From: Candidatus Latescibacterota bacterium
GTDB taxonomy: Bacteria; Latescibacterota; UBA2968
Length of the DNA: 64,000 nucleotides
Direction: 5' to 3'
Assembly: GCA_965204375.1 (NCBI GenBank)
Contig: OZ241986.1
Location: 1-64,000 of the forward strand
Positions 17,290 through 26,300 of this stretch are shown in pieces; the stretch's first letter is position 1, and every line of letters starts with the position of its first letter. The translations under genes were made by a program, and so were the position numbers. The notes beneath the pieces were generated by a model. It ran no database searches and was not told the DNA's origin. It was given only the letters and a program-made list of their open reading frames with translations.

Positions 17290-19134
17290 TTAATCCGCAA
17301 TTTCTCTGACGCGAATTCGGGTGCCGGGCCGCAAGCGCGATGGACTTCGAATGTCATTCCAGGATTGCAAAGCTGCCACACTGGTATCAAAGGCGCGCGC
17401 TATGCCCCACAAGGTATCGCCCGTGCGTACTGTATAAAAGATGGTAGATTCCGATGTTCCATCTTTGGGTACCCATAATGTGAGACGATCTCCTGGATGA
17501 ATGGGACGATTGGTATTCAAATTGTTCCAGGCGCGCAGGTGCGAGACTGTAATGCCTTTTCGTTTGGCAATGCCCCATAGGGTATCACCTGTACGCACCG
17601 TGACATTGATCTGGCGATAGTGTTTGGGGTCGGGCTTGTGGCTGATATTTTTTGTTTGTAGTGCCGGGCGCGTCTGTGTTGCGGCAGACAGGCGTTGGGC
17701 GTGGGGATACATAGGAATACTGAGTTTCTGACCGATTTGCAGGCGGCGAGGATTGGTGATGCCATTGGCTGCCTGCAGGTCGGCTGACGATACCCCCACG
17801 CGGGATGCGATACCCGATAAGGTATCGCCGCGTTTGACCACATAGTCGATGAGTTGAATTTTTTTGTGTTCTGGGATTTGCGCGTAATTGGCTCTAAATT
17901 TCGCGCCTGTGCCTTTTGGGACGCGCAAAGTATAGGCGTTTCGCCGCATGGCAGGCGGTGTATATGGGCGGCGCAGTTCGGGGTTGAGATGTCGCAGATA
18001 GGTGTAAGTAGTGCCCGCACATTCCGCTGCCAAGCGCAGGTTTACTGGTTCTGTTAAAACGACTTTGTCGTAGGACATGGGAGGTTGATAGACAACATCT
18101 TTAAAGCCAAAAAAAGCGGGATCTTTGGCGATGATGACCATAGCCATGAACTTGGGTACATGATTGCGGGTTTCTCTGGGTAATGCGTCGATTTCCCAAA
18201 AGTCGCGGGTTCTGGATCTTGCAATGGCGCGATCCATCCGGCCCTGCCCACAGTTGTAGGCCGCGACAACCAGATGCCAATCTCCAAAGTAGTCATATAG
18301 ATGATTGAGATGTCGCGCAGCAGCATGTGTGGATTTTTCGGGGTTCATACGATCATCGATATAGGTGTTGCGCCGCAGGCCATAGAGCAGGCCAGTGCGA
18401 TACATAAATTGCCACATGCCCAGAGCGTATGCACGCGAGAGCGCGCGGGGATTAAATCCGCTTTCGATCATGGCTTTGTACGCGAGGTCCAAAGGCAGAC
18501 CCTGTTCGCGGAAGATTGTCTGGATCATGGGCAAATAGGCGGTGGAGCGAGATAGACTGCGTTCAAAGAAGTCGCGCTTTTCCGTGAGGAAATATTGGAT
18601 ATAAGCCAGGACTTCGGGCCTGAGGTCAATGGGTACATCGGCTTGCCCTGCCAGCACTCTTATTTTGAGTTCTCGATAGTGCGGATGATGCAACAAGTCG
18701 GCAACTACAGATTCGGGAAGGGTATTGAGCAGGGTTGCCAGCGGTGCATGCGGCGGTATGGGCGCACGGGACAGAATCGCGTGATAGCGTTCGAGTGTGA
18801 AACGCATCAACGCGGCCCATTTTTTCGCTGTTTCCGGTTTGGAAACAAAACGTTCGCGCAATATGAAAGATGCCGTATCGAGCAAAGCTCTTACGCGAAG
18901 AGAGTGGGTTTCGACTGCGGCTTTTTGAAGCAGATCATAGAGACGGTCGCCCCTGGGTTCTATATCTTCTATAGCTATAGAAGGCTCTATTTGTATAATT
19001 GGTTCTGCAACTTCCGCTGGTTCTGTAACTTCTGGTACAGTTACGGGGGCAGGTGCGGGTGCAAGAGGAGTGCGTGCGGTGGTTGCACAACCGCCAAAAA
19101 TTAGAACTGCAATAAGACACAGGTTATACCGCAT
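17290..19134 (-). CDS. mltD: Lipoprotein lytic transglycosylase with LysM repeats (MltD-like)
   Basis: Lipobox FGGC; IESGFNP, GMWQF, AAYNCG, ETRNHVPK; three C-terminal LysM repeats (GDTL). Confidence 0.9.
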   Translation of the reverse strand: MRYNLCLIAVLIFGGCATTARTPLAPAPAPVTVPEVTEPAEVAEPIIQIEPSIAIEDIEPRGDRLYDLLQKAAVETHSLRVRALLDTASFILRERFVSKPETAKKWAALMRFTLERYHAILSRAPIPPHAPLATLLNTLPESVVADLLHHPHYRELKIRVLAGQADVPIDLRPEVLAYIQYFLTEKRDFFERSLSRSTAYLPMIQTIFREQGLPLDLAYKAMIESGFNPRALSRAYALGMWQFMYRTGLLYGLRRNTYIDDRMNPEKSTHAAARHLNHLYDYFGDWHLVVAAYNCGQGRMDRAIARSRTRDFWEIDALPRETRNHVPKFMAMVIIAKDPAFFGFKDVVYQPPMSYDKVVLTEPVNLRLAAECAGTTYTYLRHLNPELRRPYTPPAMRRNAYTLRVPKGTGAKFRANYAQIPEHKKIQLIDYVVKRGDTLSGIASRVGVSSADLQAANGITNPRRLQIGQKLSIPMYPHAQRLSAATQTRPALQTKNISHKPDPKHYRQINVTVRTGDTLWGIAKRKGITVSHLRAWNNLNTNRPIHPGDRLTLWVPKDGTSESTIFYTVRTGDTLWGIARAFDTSVAALQSWNDIRSPSRLRPGTRIRVREIAD

Positions 19135-19147
19135 GGCCGTCTTCGCG

Positions 19148-19879
19148 TTATTGAGAAGATTTTGCCTGTACAATGAATGCTGTTTCATAGCCTTTCTTTG
19201 TTACCTCCATGAGTAATATTTCTGCATCGTTGCGCGTCTGAAAATTGCCGACGCGCACCTTAAAATAAGGGGGTTCAAACTCGATAAAAACATCGTTGCG
19301 CGCCAGTTGATCACGCGCTTGGATTTGTGCATCTTCCGCTGAGCCTCGCGTCGATGAAGAAAAAATTTGAACTCGAAAACCCGGTGTGGCAGCACTTTCG
19401 GGTTGCACAACGGAAATTTGTGTGCGAACCACATAAGCATCGGGAAAGCCCAGTGCTCTGATGGCGTCGCGCAGTGTTTCTGCTGATTCGGGCGTGCGGC
19501 TGTTGCCGGCTTGAATTTTGTAGAGTTGGATGTCTTCGTCGAGATGAATATATGTCAGGACCTGAGCCTCACGCTGAATTTGTTCGCGCAAGGCTTCTGC
19601 CCGGTTGTGATCGCGAAGGGCCGCAACTTGAACGCGAAAGCCCTCAATTTGTGGTACTTCCGCAGGGGACATTGCTTCGGCGCGTGCAGGCGTTTGCAAT
19701 ACCATGTCGTCGTCCCTGAGGGTCTGCGGATCAAATTCTTCTCGCGCCGCCGATGAATCAGCTACCGATGAATCAGCCACCGGTGAATTAGCCGGAGGAA
19801 CGAGTTGGGGCTGCTGTGCGACACAGCCGATCAGGAATACGACAAATAGGACAAATAATAAGATTTTTTTTCTCATCAT
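19148..19879 (-). CDS. SPOR-domain lipoprotein (two SPOR domains)
   Basis: Lipobox LIGC; GFRVQ twice; PYFKVRVGNF. Confidence 0.85.
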   Translation of the reverse strand: MMRKKILLFVLFVVFLIGCVAQQPQLVPPANSPVADSSVADSSAAREEFDPQTLRDDDMVLQTPARAEAMSPAEVPQIEGFRVQVAALRDHNRAEALREQIQREAQVLTYIHLDEDIQLYKIQAGNSRTPESAETLRDAIRALGFPDAYVVRTQISVVQPESAATPGFRVQIFSSSTRGSAEDAQIQARDQLARNDVFIEFEPPYFKVRVGNFQTRNDAEILLMEVTKKGYETAFIVQAKSSQ

Positions 19880-20118
19880 TTTGCATCCACGGGCAGTTGT
19901 CAGTTTCATCTTCACCCATGCCATCTACCTCTACTCATTATTCAGATATAATTCTACATGTTAGACCCTCACACTTTAAGAATGCATGCAAAATTTGTCA
20001 ATAACTTATATTGCGTAATTTGGTTGAAAAATGCTCTATTTTGCCCAATATCTTGTATATCTTGTGCAAAATAGATCGCGAGGTATAAAGCCGCTTAATG
20101 ATGGCCTAAACTACGTAT

Positions 20119-21156
20119 TTACTTTCCAAACCACCGATCAAATATTTCTGAGTAATTGCCTTTTGCCACGCCTTTTTCCGTTATGATCGCCGTGACGAGG
20201 TGGTTAGGGGTCACGTCAAAGGCGGGATTATACACATGGATGCCACCGGGTGCGGTTTGCCGGCCCATGCCGTGCGTGATTTCTTTTTTTTCGCGCTCTT
20301 CAATGGGAATTTGTGCGCCAGTTTCGCGTTTCATGTCAATGGTAGATAAGGGCGCGGCCACATAAAAAGGCACCTGATGCGCTTTGGCTAAAATTGCCAG
20401 TCCATAGGTACCGATTTTGTTGGCTACATCTCCGTTTTTGGCAATGCGATCTGCGCCGACAACAATGCTGTCGATGTTTTTTTCGCGCAGCACTGCAGCG
20501 GCCATGCTATCGCATATCACGGTGACATCTACGCCGCTTTGATTCAGTTCCCAGGCGGTGAGGCGCGATCCCTGTAAGAGTGGCCGGGTTTCGTCGGCAT
20601 AGACCGCGACTTGTTTGCCCGCTTCAACGGCGGCGTAAACCACTGCGAGAGCCGTGCCGTAGTCAGCAGTGGCCAGGCCGCCTGCATTGCAGTGGGTCAA
20701 TACAGTCGCCTGTGAAGATAGCAATTCGGCACCATTGCGACCAATTTGGCGGCATATTCTTTTGTCGTCTTCAAAAATTTCATGGGCTTCTTTGAGCAGG
20801 TGGTCGCGTTTTTTAGCGGGTGAATGGTCATCTGCTTTGGCGAGGACCTTTTTCTGGCGGTCCAGTGCCCAAAAGAGGTTGACAGCTGTGGGGCGCGTTT
20901 GCGCCAGTTTTTGAATGCTTTTCGCGACATACCGATCAAAGTCGGCATTTCGCGCTATGGCTTCTTGTGCTGCAATCACGACGCCATAAGCAGCCGCTAC
21001 GCCAATGGCTGGCGCGCCGCGCACCCTCAAGCTGACAATGGCTTCTGCCACTGTGCCGACATCGCGACAAGTGATGAATTTGTACTCTTCGGGCAATAAG
21101 GTCTGGTCGATGAGGCGCAGGGCATCATTTTCCCAGGTGATGGTCGGAACGGGCAT
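20119..21156 (-). CDS. mtnA: Methylthioribose-1-phosphate isomerase
   Basis: VRGAPAIG, RPTAVNL, THCNAG, DETRP, GADRI, NPAFDVTP. Confidence 0.97.
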   Translation of the reverse strand: MPVPTITWENDALRLIDQTLLPEEYKFITCRDVGTVAEAIVSLRVRGAPAIGVAAAYGVVIAAQEAIARNADFDRYVAKSIQKLAQTRPTAVNLFWALDRQKKVLAKADDHSPAKKRDHLLKEAHEIFEDDKRICRQIGRNGAELLSSQATVLTHCNAGGLATADYGTALAVVYAAVEAGKQVAVYADETRPLLQGSRLTAWELNQSGVDVTVICDSMAAAVLREKNIDSIVVGADRIAKNGDVANKIGTYGLAILAKAHQVPFYVAAPLSTIDMKRETGAQIPIEEREKKEITHGMGRQTAPGGIHVYNPAFDVTPNHLVTAIITEKGVAKGNYSEIFDRWFGK

Positions 21157-21172
21157 TGGCCATCTCCAGTTG

Positions 21173-21556
21173 TCACGGGTCGCGGATTAAGTTGTCCATT
21201 ACTACATCGTCCTCAATACGCTCTATTGGCGCGTCTCGCCACAGGCGTTCCAGGCCGTAAAATTGGCGCGATTCTTTTTGAAAAATATGTACGACAATGT
21301 CGAAAAAGTCGATCAGTACCCATTTCCGCACATCATATCCTTCGACCTGATAGGGGTGCTGCCCCTCTGCTTTGAGTCCCTCGATTACCGCATCGGCCAG
21401 GGCGCGAACATGCACATCGGAGGTTCCCGTGCAGATGATAAAGTAATCGACAAAGTCAGCTGTTTGGCGCAGATCAATGGCTATGAGGTCTTCGGCTTTG
21501 CGCGATAGCAACTGTTCAATACAGGTACTGCGAACGATTTCGGTGGTATCTGACAA
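21173..21556 (-). CDS. rsfS: Ribosome silencing factor
   Basis: KAEDL, DYFIICTG, WVLIDF, RQFYGLERLW; likely TTG start 21556 after a GAGGAG SD. Confidence 0.95.
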   Translation of the reverse strand: MSDTTEIVRSTCIEQLLSRKAEDLIAIDLRQTADFVDYFIICTGTSDVHVRALADAVIEGLKAEGQHPYQVEGYDVRKWVLIDFFDIVVHIFQKESRQFYGLERLWRDAPIERIEDDVVMDNLIRDP

Positions 21557-21572
21557 AGTAAACTCTTTCTCC

Positions 21573-21998
21573 TCATTTAAATATTTCCAACCCGCGATAA
21601 TCGCGCCCAATGATGACGGTGACTTCCTCAATGCGGAAGGGATCGGGTGTTTTTTGCTGGATCACATTGGGCGTACCGAGCACATTGGCGACTTGTTTGG
21701 CATATTCTATTTTGCCCAGGCGATCTATGACAATGGTCTCGGGAAAGTTGAAATTTTCAGCATTGCCCAGGGTCATGACATCTATGCCAAAATCGCGCAG
21801 TTTTTGCCCGACCTCGGTTGCAATGCCGCCTGTGCCACAGCCATTGAGAATTTCAACGCGAATATTGTGAGAGACCTGGGGGGCTTCAGGCACGACATCG
21901 GGCACCGTTTCCGGTTCCCAAAAGGCTTTTGTCGCAAAGACCAGTCCGGCGATGAGCAGTCCGCCGAGAATCCATAACCAGCGTTTCATGTTGGCCAA
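21573..21998 (-). CDS. LytR C-terminal domain protein
   Basis: N-terminal TM; VEILNGCGTGGIA; VTVIIGRDY. Confidence 0.85.
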   Translation of the reverse strand: MANMKRWLWILGGLLIAGLVFATKAFWEPETVPDVVPEAPQVSHNIRVEILNGCGTGGIATEVGQKLRDFGIDVMTLGNAENFNFPETIVIDRLGKIEYAKQVANVLGTPNVIQQKTPDPFRIEEVTVIIGRDYRGLEIFK

Positions 21999-22084
21999 TA
22001 TAACAATAAAAAAAACAATAAAAAGAAAAAAAAAAGAGGCGCCTGCCTTACGCGCTGGCGCCCCTATCTGTTCAGGTCAGTCTT

Positions 22085-22552
22085 TTAATAGCGTCTGTAC
22101 CTGTCGTTGTAATAATAGGGATAGCCATAGCCATTGAAGGTGCTGAATCCAAATTCGATGCGAATATTGGGTTTGGGCTGATACAAAAGACTGACATTGG
22201 GAACGACGACTTGAACACCACCCGATGAGGTCGAACCGTAACGCGTATTGCCCGACATTTGATTGACCAGGCCAACTTGCGCTCTGACGATGAGCGGTTT
22301 GGATATCTGATAGGTGATGTCGTTGAGATAATACTGGTTCAGACCACCGCCGTATCCCGAACTGTAACTGATTCCGATGGTGTGGTTAAATTTGAGCTTT
22401 TTCAGGTCTAACAAACCGCTGGTGGTTTTTAACCCGTTCACGAGGTTCTCACCTGCGAGCGGGATTTTGTTTTGCGGCTGAATGCCAATGTCTGCCCGTG
22501 CCTGCGTCGCAATCAAGGCTACAACTGCAAGTGTACAAATCCATTTGTGCAT
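22085..22552 (-). CDS. Hypothetical exported protein
   Basis: Signal peptide (ATQARA); beta-strand-rich mature part. Confidence 0.7.
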   Translation of the reverse strand: MHKWICTLAVVALIATQARADIGIQPQNKIPLAGENLVNGLKTTSGLLDLKKLKFNHTIGISYSSGYGGGLNQYYLNDITYQISKPLIVRAQVGLVNQMSGNTRYGSTSSGGVQVVVPNVSLLYQPKPNIRIEFGFSTFNGYGYPYYYNDRYRRY

Positions 22553-22725
22553 GTTTAAAACCCCCTTTCCATTATAAACAGGATACGGAAACTGAGATGA
22601 GATGTCAAGTGTTCTGTTTTCTTAGACACCTGAGCCTATCTGTGTGTTCCAAAATAGAAATTGCGCTTGAAAGAGAGGGGTGGGATGGCTATACTTATGT
22701 GTGTTCTACGCGAAAGGAGAATGTC

Positions 22726-23001
22726 ATGGCAGAACAAATATCTACAACAGACGCGCCCTTGTCGTGTCCGACATTAGAAAAATTGTCGGAGAAAGAGCAG
22801 GAGATGTTGTTCGATGCGTTTGAGAAGGCTATCGAACTGGCAAAAAAAGCAGGTTTCTCAGAGGCTGAAATTTTTCAATTTTTTGAAGATGTGATCGATG
22901 TTCGCGCGTCTGAACAGGTCTTGGATAAAATGGAGAGAAAAGGGGAGAAACCAATGCCTTTGGAGGAATTCGAAAAAGAATTGGACATACAGAGTGAATA
23001 G
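22726..23001 (+). CDS. Antitoxin (RelB-type partner)
   Basis: AAGGAG SD, ATG 22726; acidic protein ending PMPLEEFEKELDI; overlaps the relE start. Confidence 0.75.
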   Translation: MAEQISTTDAPLSCPTLEKLSEKEQEMLFDAFEKAIELAKKAGFSEAEIFQFFEDVIDVRASEQVLDKMERKGEKPMPLEEFEKELDIQSE

Positions 23002-23263
23002 GGCCTATACGGTTGAAATTACATCTGTTGCTCGTCGTCAGATAAGGCTTTTACCCAGATCCATGCGGGATAGAATCATCTCCCGACTGTACGCTTTAGC
23101 TGATAATCCACGCCCACCGGGTGTTGTCAAGGTGAAAGGCCGCCGCAGGAGCGATGAATATCGAATACGAGTGGGGAATTATCGCGTGATATACCAGATT
23201 AACGATGATATGCTGGTTGTGCTGATTGTCCGTGTCGCAAATAGACGAGAAGCATATAGATAG
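22994..23263 (+). CDS. relE: RelE/ParE family toxin
   Basis: YTVEI..ARRQI, NPRPPG, YRIRVGNYRVIY, VANRREAYR; GTG start 22994. Confidence 0.92.
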   Translation: MNRAYTVEITSVARRQIRLLPRSMRDRIISRLYALADNPRPPGVVKVKGRRRSDEYRIRVGNYRVIYQINDDMLVVLIVRVANRREAYR

Positions 23264-23315
23264 ATAAATAGATGAATATCCTACTCATCTTCGCACCGCG
23301 CATCAACTGGTTCGC

Positions 23316-26300
23316 CTACAGGGGGGGCAATAAAGAGAGCGGAGAGGGGTTTTTCCTTTCTTCGCAGAAATACATCGCCTTGAACCGTTCCATTTGTTTG
23401 ATTTTATCGATCAGAACTCGTTCGTGTTGCGAACTCGCCACATTCCGGACAAGGAACTTAGCATCCACATCAGTCAATCTTAGTACCAAGTAATTCGCAA
23501 TAGCTGAAAAAACAGAGACGTTGAAGTCCTTTGCTTCCTGTGAGGCAAGCACCAGCGAAATACCGTATTTTCGACATTCCTTGGCCATGGTGGGAATAAG
23601 TTTGAGGCCCGCGGCGCGGTGCGCCTCGTCGAAGATCAACGCATGGGTGACGCGGTCATGGATGCCTCGTCGAAACATGTCCTTGTAAAGGCTATAAAAC
23701 ACCAATGAGGCAAAAGCCCGTTGAAGGTTATCATTCTGTGTTGTGTGAATACGGATGACTATCGGTTGTTCACTTTCCCATAAACTGCTACGCGACTCAC
23801 GGAGATTAAAGAATCCGTAGTCTTCAAGTTCTTCCAGACGAGCAAGTAATGTGGCCAATCCACGGTCCAGTTTCTCGTCACGCAGAATCTCAACGAAACG
23901 GCTAAACGCCGGTTCTTGTAAATCTGTGGTACCTGCGTTGGCATTTCCCCATCCTGCTTCGGTAAAGCTGTCTTTGATTGCCCTGCGGATACGCTCGGTC
24001 TGGATGTCGCCGAGTTCTGGGTAAATCGCCGCGAAGATGTCCCGTATTGCGCCTGCCACGTCGAGATGCGCCATACGGGATTCCCGATTTACTACCTCTA
24101 GCGGGTTGAAACCCAGACCATCAAAATCGATGAACCGAACTGAATCAACCGACTGCTCGAGTTTCTCATCAATGTCCTGATGGTAGGAGAAGATGATCGG
24201 GCAGATGTCTGCTGCGACCATCTGCTGGCACAGATTCAGAAGGCAGGTGGTCTTGCCCATCCCCGGCAATCCCGCGATCAGAAGATGGGGGTTGCCCTTT
24301 ACAGTTAGCGGCCAGTCAACTTTTGCATTTGTAAAGGAATCTGTTCCCAAACAGATTGAGGGAATAGTGTCAACGGAGGCTTCCACCTGCTCAACCGATA
24401 TTTGTTGAGAGTCTATGTCCCCTTTGACTTTCTTATTGTCCCGTTTCGACGCTGAGCGAATCTCCGGTTCGTGGTTGTTTATAGCCAAATGAAAGTCCGA
24501 ATCGGGCAAAAGGCTGGGACCGAATAGGAATACCTTTGTATTCCAATTGTCGGGAGAAATTTCCAACGGGCTCGCCCCAGCATACTCGGGACAAAATACC
24601 CAACCTCGATCTCCGCTTTCGTCTATATCCAGCTTGTAGTCCCCACCTTTCTCGATCATGCGATTAATCTCTGTTACAAGTTCTCCATGTCGCGTCTCAG
24701 ACAAATGATGCCTGCGTGCCTTATCCACATAAAAGCGTAGTACACGAGCGAGCTTGGCGCGACGCACTGCTCTAAACGCAGAGCACACTTCATGCGAATA
24801 CCAATCGTTCCAGCGTTTGCGCATCCCCTCAATCTGATCTCGAACGCGACTCAGGATATCTGGCGATTTCGTAGCGCGTAGATCTCGACGGTGCTTGATC
24901 TCGATAAAACGGAATATCAATCCTTTTCTCCGCGCCGTAGTCACATAAACCAGATCAGGTCTCACATTTTTCTCATCGTCATTCTTGTCCTTGAACGGCG
25001 GCAAGAGGTCCCGAACGTCATCTACAGGAACGATGAAACCGTGATCCAGCGGTACCCAGCATGGATCTTCCTCTCGCGCCTGTCTGCAATTTGCCTGCGA
25101 AAAAGCGAGTGCGATCAACTCCGAAATCGGTGGTTTATCTCCGGTGAGACGAATGGCGAGCCGTCCGCTGAGAGCCTTCAAATGCTCAAGGAGAAACTCA
25201 GCGTTTCGACGGCTGCGACTCAGCCCCATCTGATTTAAGGCACCATCGAGCAGTCTGCGCACCTCATCTAGATTGCTGGTGGAGGTGATGAGTTGTAAGC
25301 AGCCCAGGTCTTCCCGTTCAGGAACGCAATCGATCACGTAAGCATCGTAGATTTCTCCATTATCCCGAGGAGAATCAAAATATTCGATGCCAGCGTTCCG
25401 GTCCAGTGTAATGACCCAGTCACAAAGCCGATGGAGATTCTTGAGGTTATCCGCCTTTTCCGGCGAGATTGCTGTGTGCAGCACTGGTAGTTTGTTATTT
25501 TCAGTACCGACATGGCGTGCTACAGTACCCTGTATGGCTTGTTGCAAACGCGCCATACGTTCGGTATGTATGCGCTCTGACGGATGCTTTTCTCCATCTT
25601 TTGCCGGTGGGATCGTACTATACCACATAGGCGTGGGCTTTGTGGTGAAGTCGCGCTTGTAGAAGGAGAGCAGGCCAAACGCGTGGAACGGTCCATCATT
25701 CGATGGTTCCTGTCCGTCCGACACAACATACGACTCGAACGTGTCGAACGCGACGGCAACATGGGCGGCGGTCTCAGGCTCAGTTCGATCCTTGCGTGCC
25801 CAGCGCAATTTGGGCATGTTTACCCCGCCAGCCATACTCAAGGATTCGAGCATCCACCGATCTTCAATTGACACCACACCCGCACCACTGCGCCGCCGTT
25901 CCCGTGCCTCGACGATGAATCTACCTGCAATTCCTCGTTGCTCCTCGGACGGATACATCTCCAGAGAAAAAATGGGTGGTTCTCGAGATTCTTCCTCTGA
26001 ATCAACAGATAGTCCATCCTCGTCATCAGCTATGTGTAGATGGTCGTGGACATGGCCCAATGATCTGGCGATGGTCAGACCATCGCCAGATCGAAGCGCG
26101 TGGACGTGAAGCAGCCGAGATGTGTTGTGGCAATCCAGATACTTGATGATCTCGTCACCTACTATCTTTGCGCTTTGTCCCCCCACCGTTGGAGCGTTTT
26201 CCATTGACGCGCCTTCCCCCAGCGCACTCGCGAGAATTGCTACAGCAGCTTTGGGTTCTTTGTCAGTGTCGGGGACCATACCGACCGCATGAAAGCCGAG

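Noticed and set aside
19745-19795. 15-bp tandem repeat
   Set aside because: It encodes a low-complexity linker (VADSSVADSS) of the SPOR lipoprotein.
22498-22725. Long N-terminus of the antitoxin ORF
   Set aside because: It overlaps a divergent gene and its promoter; a strong SD precedes ATG 22726.
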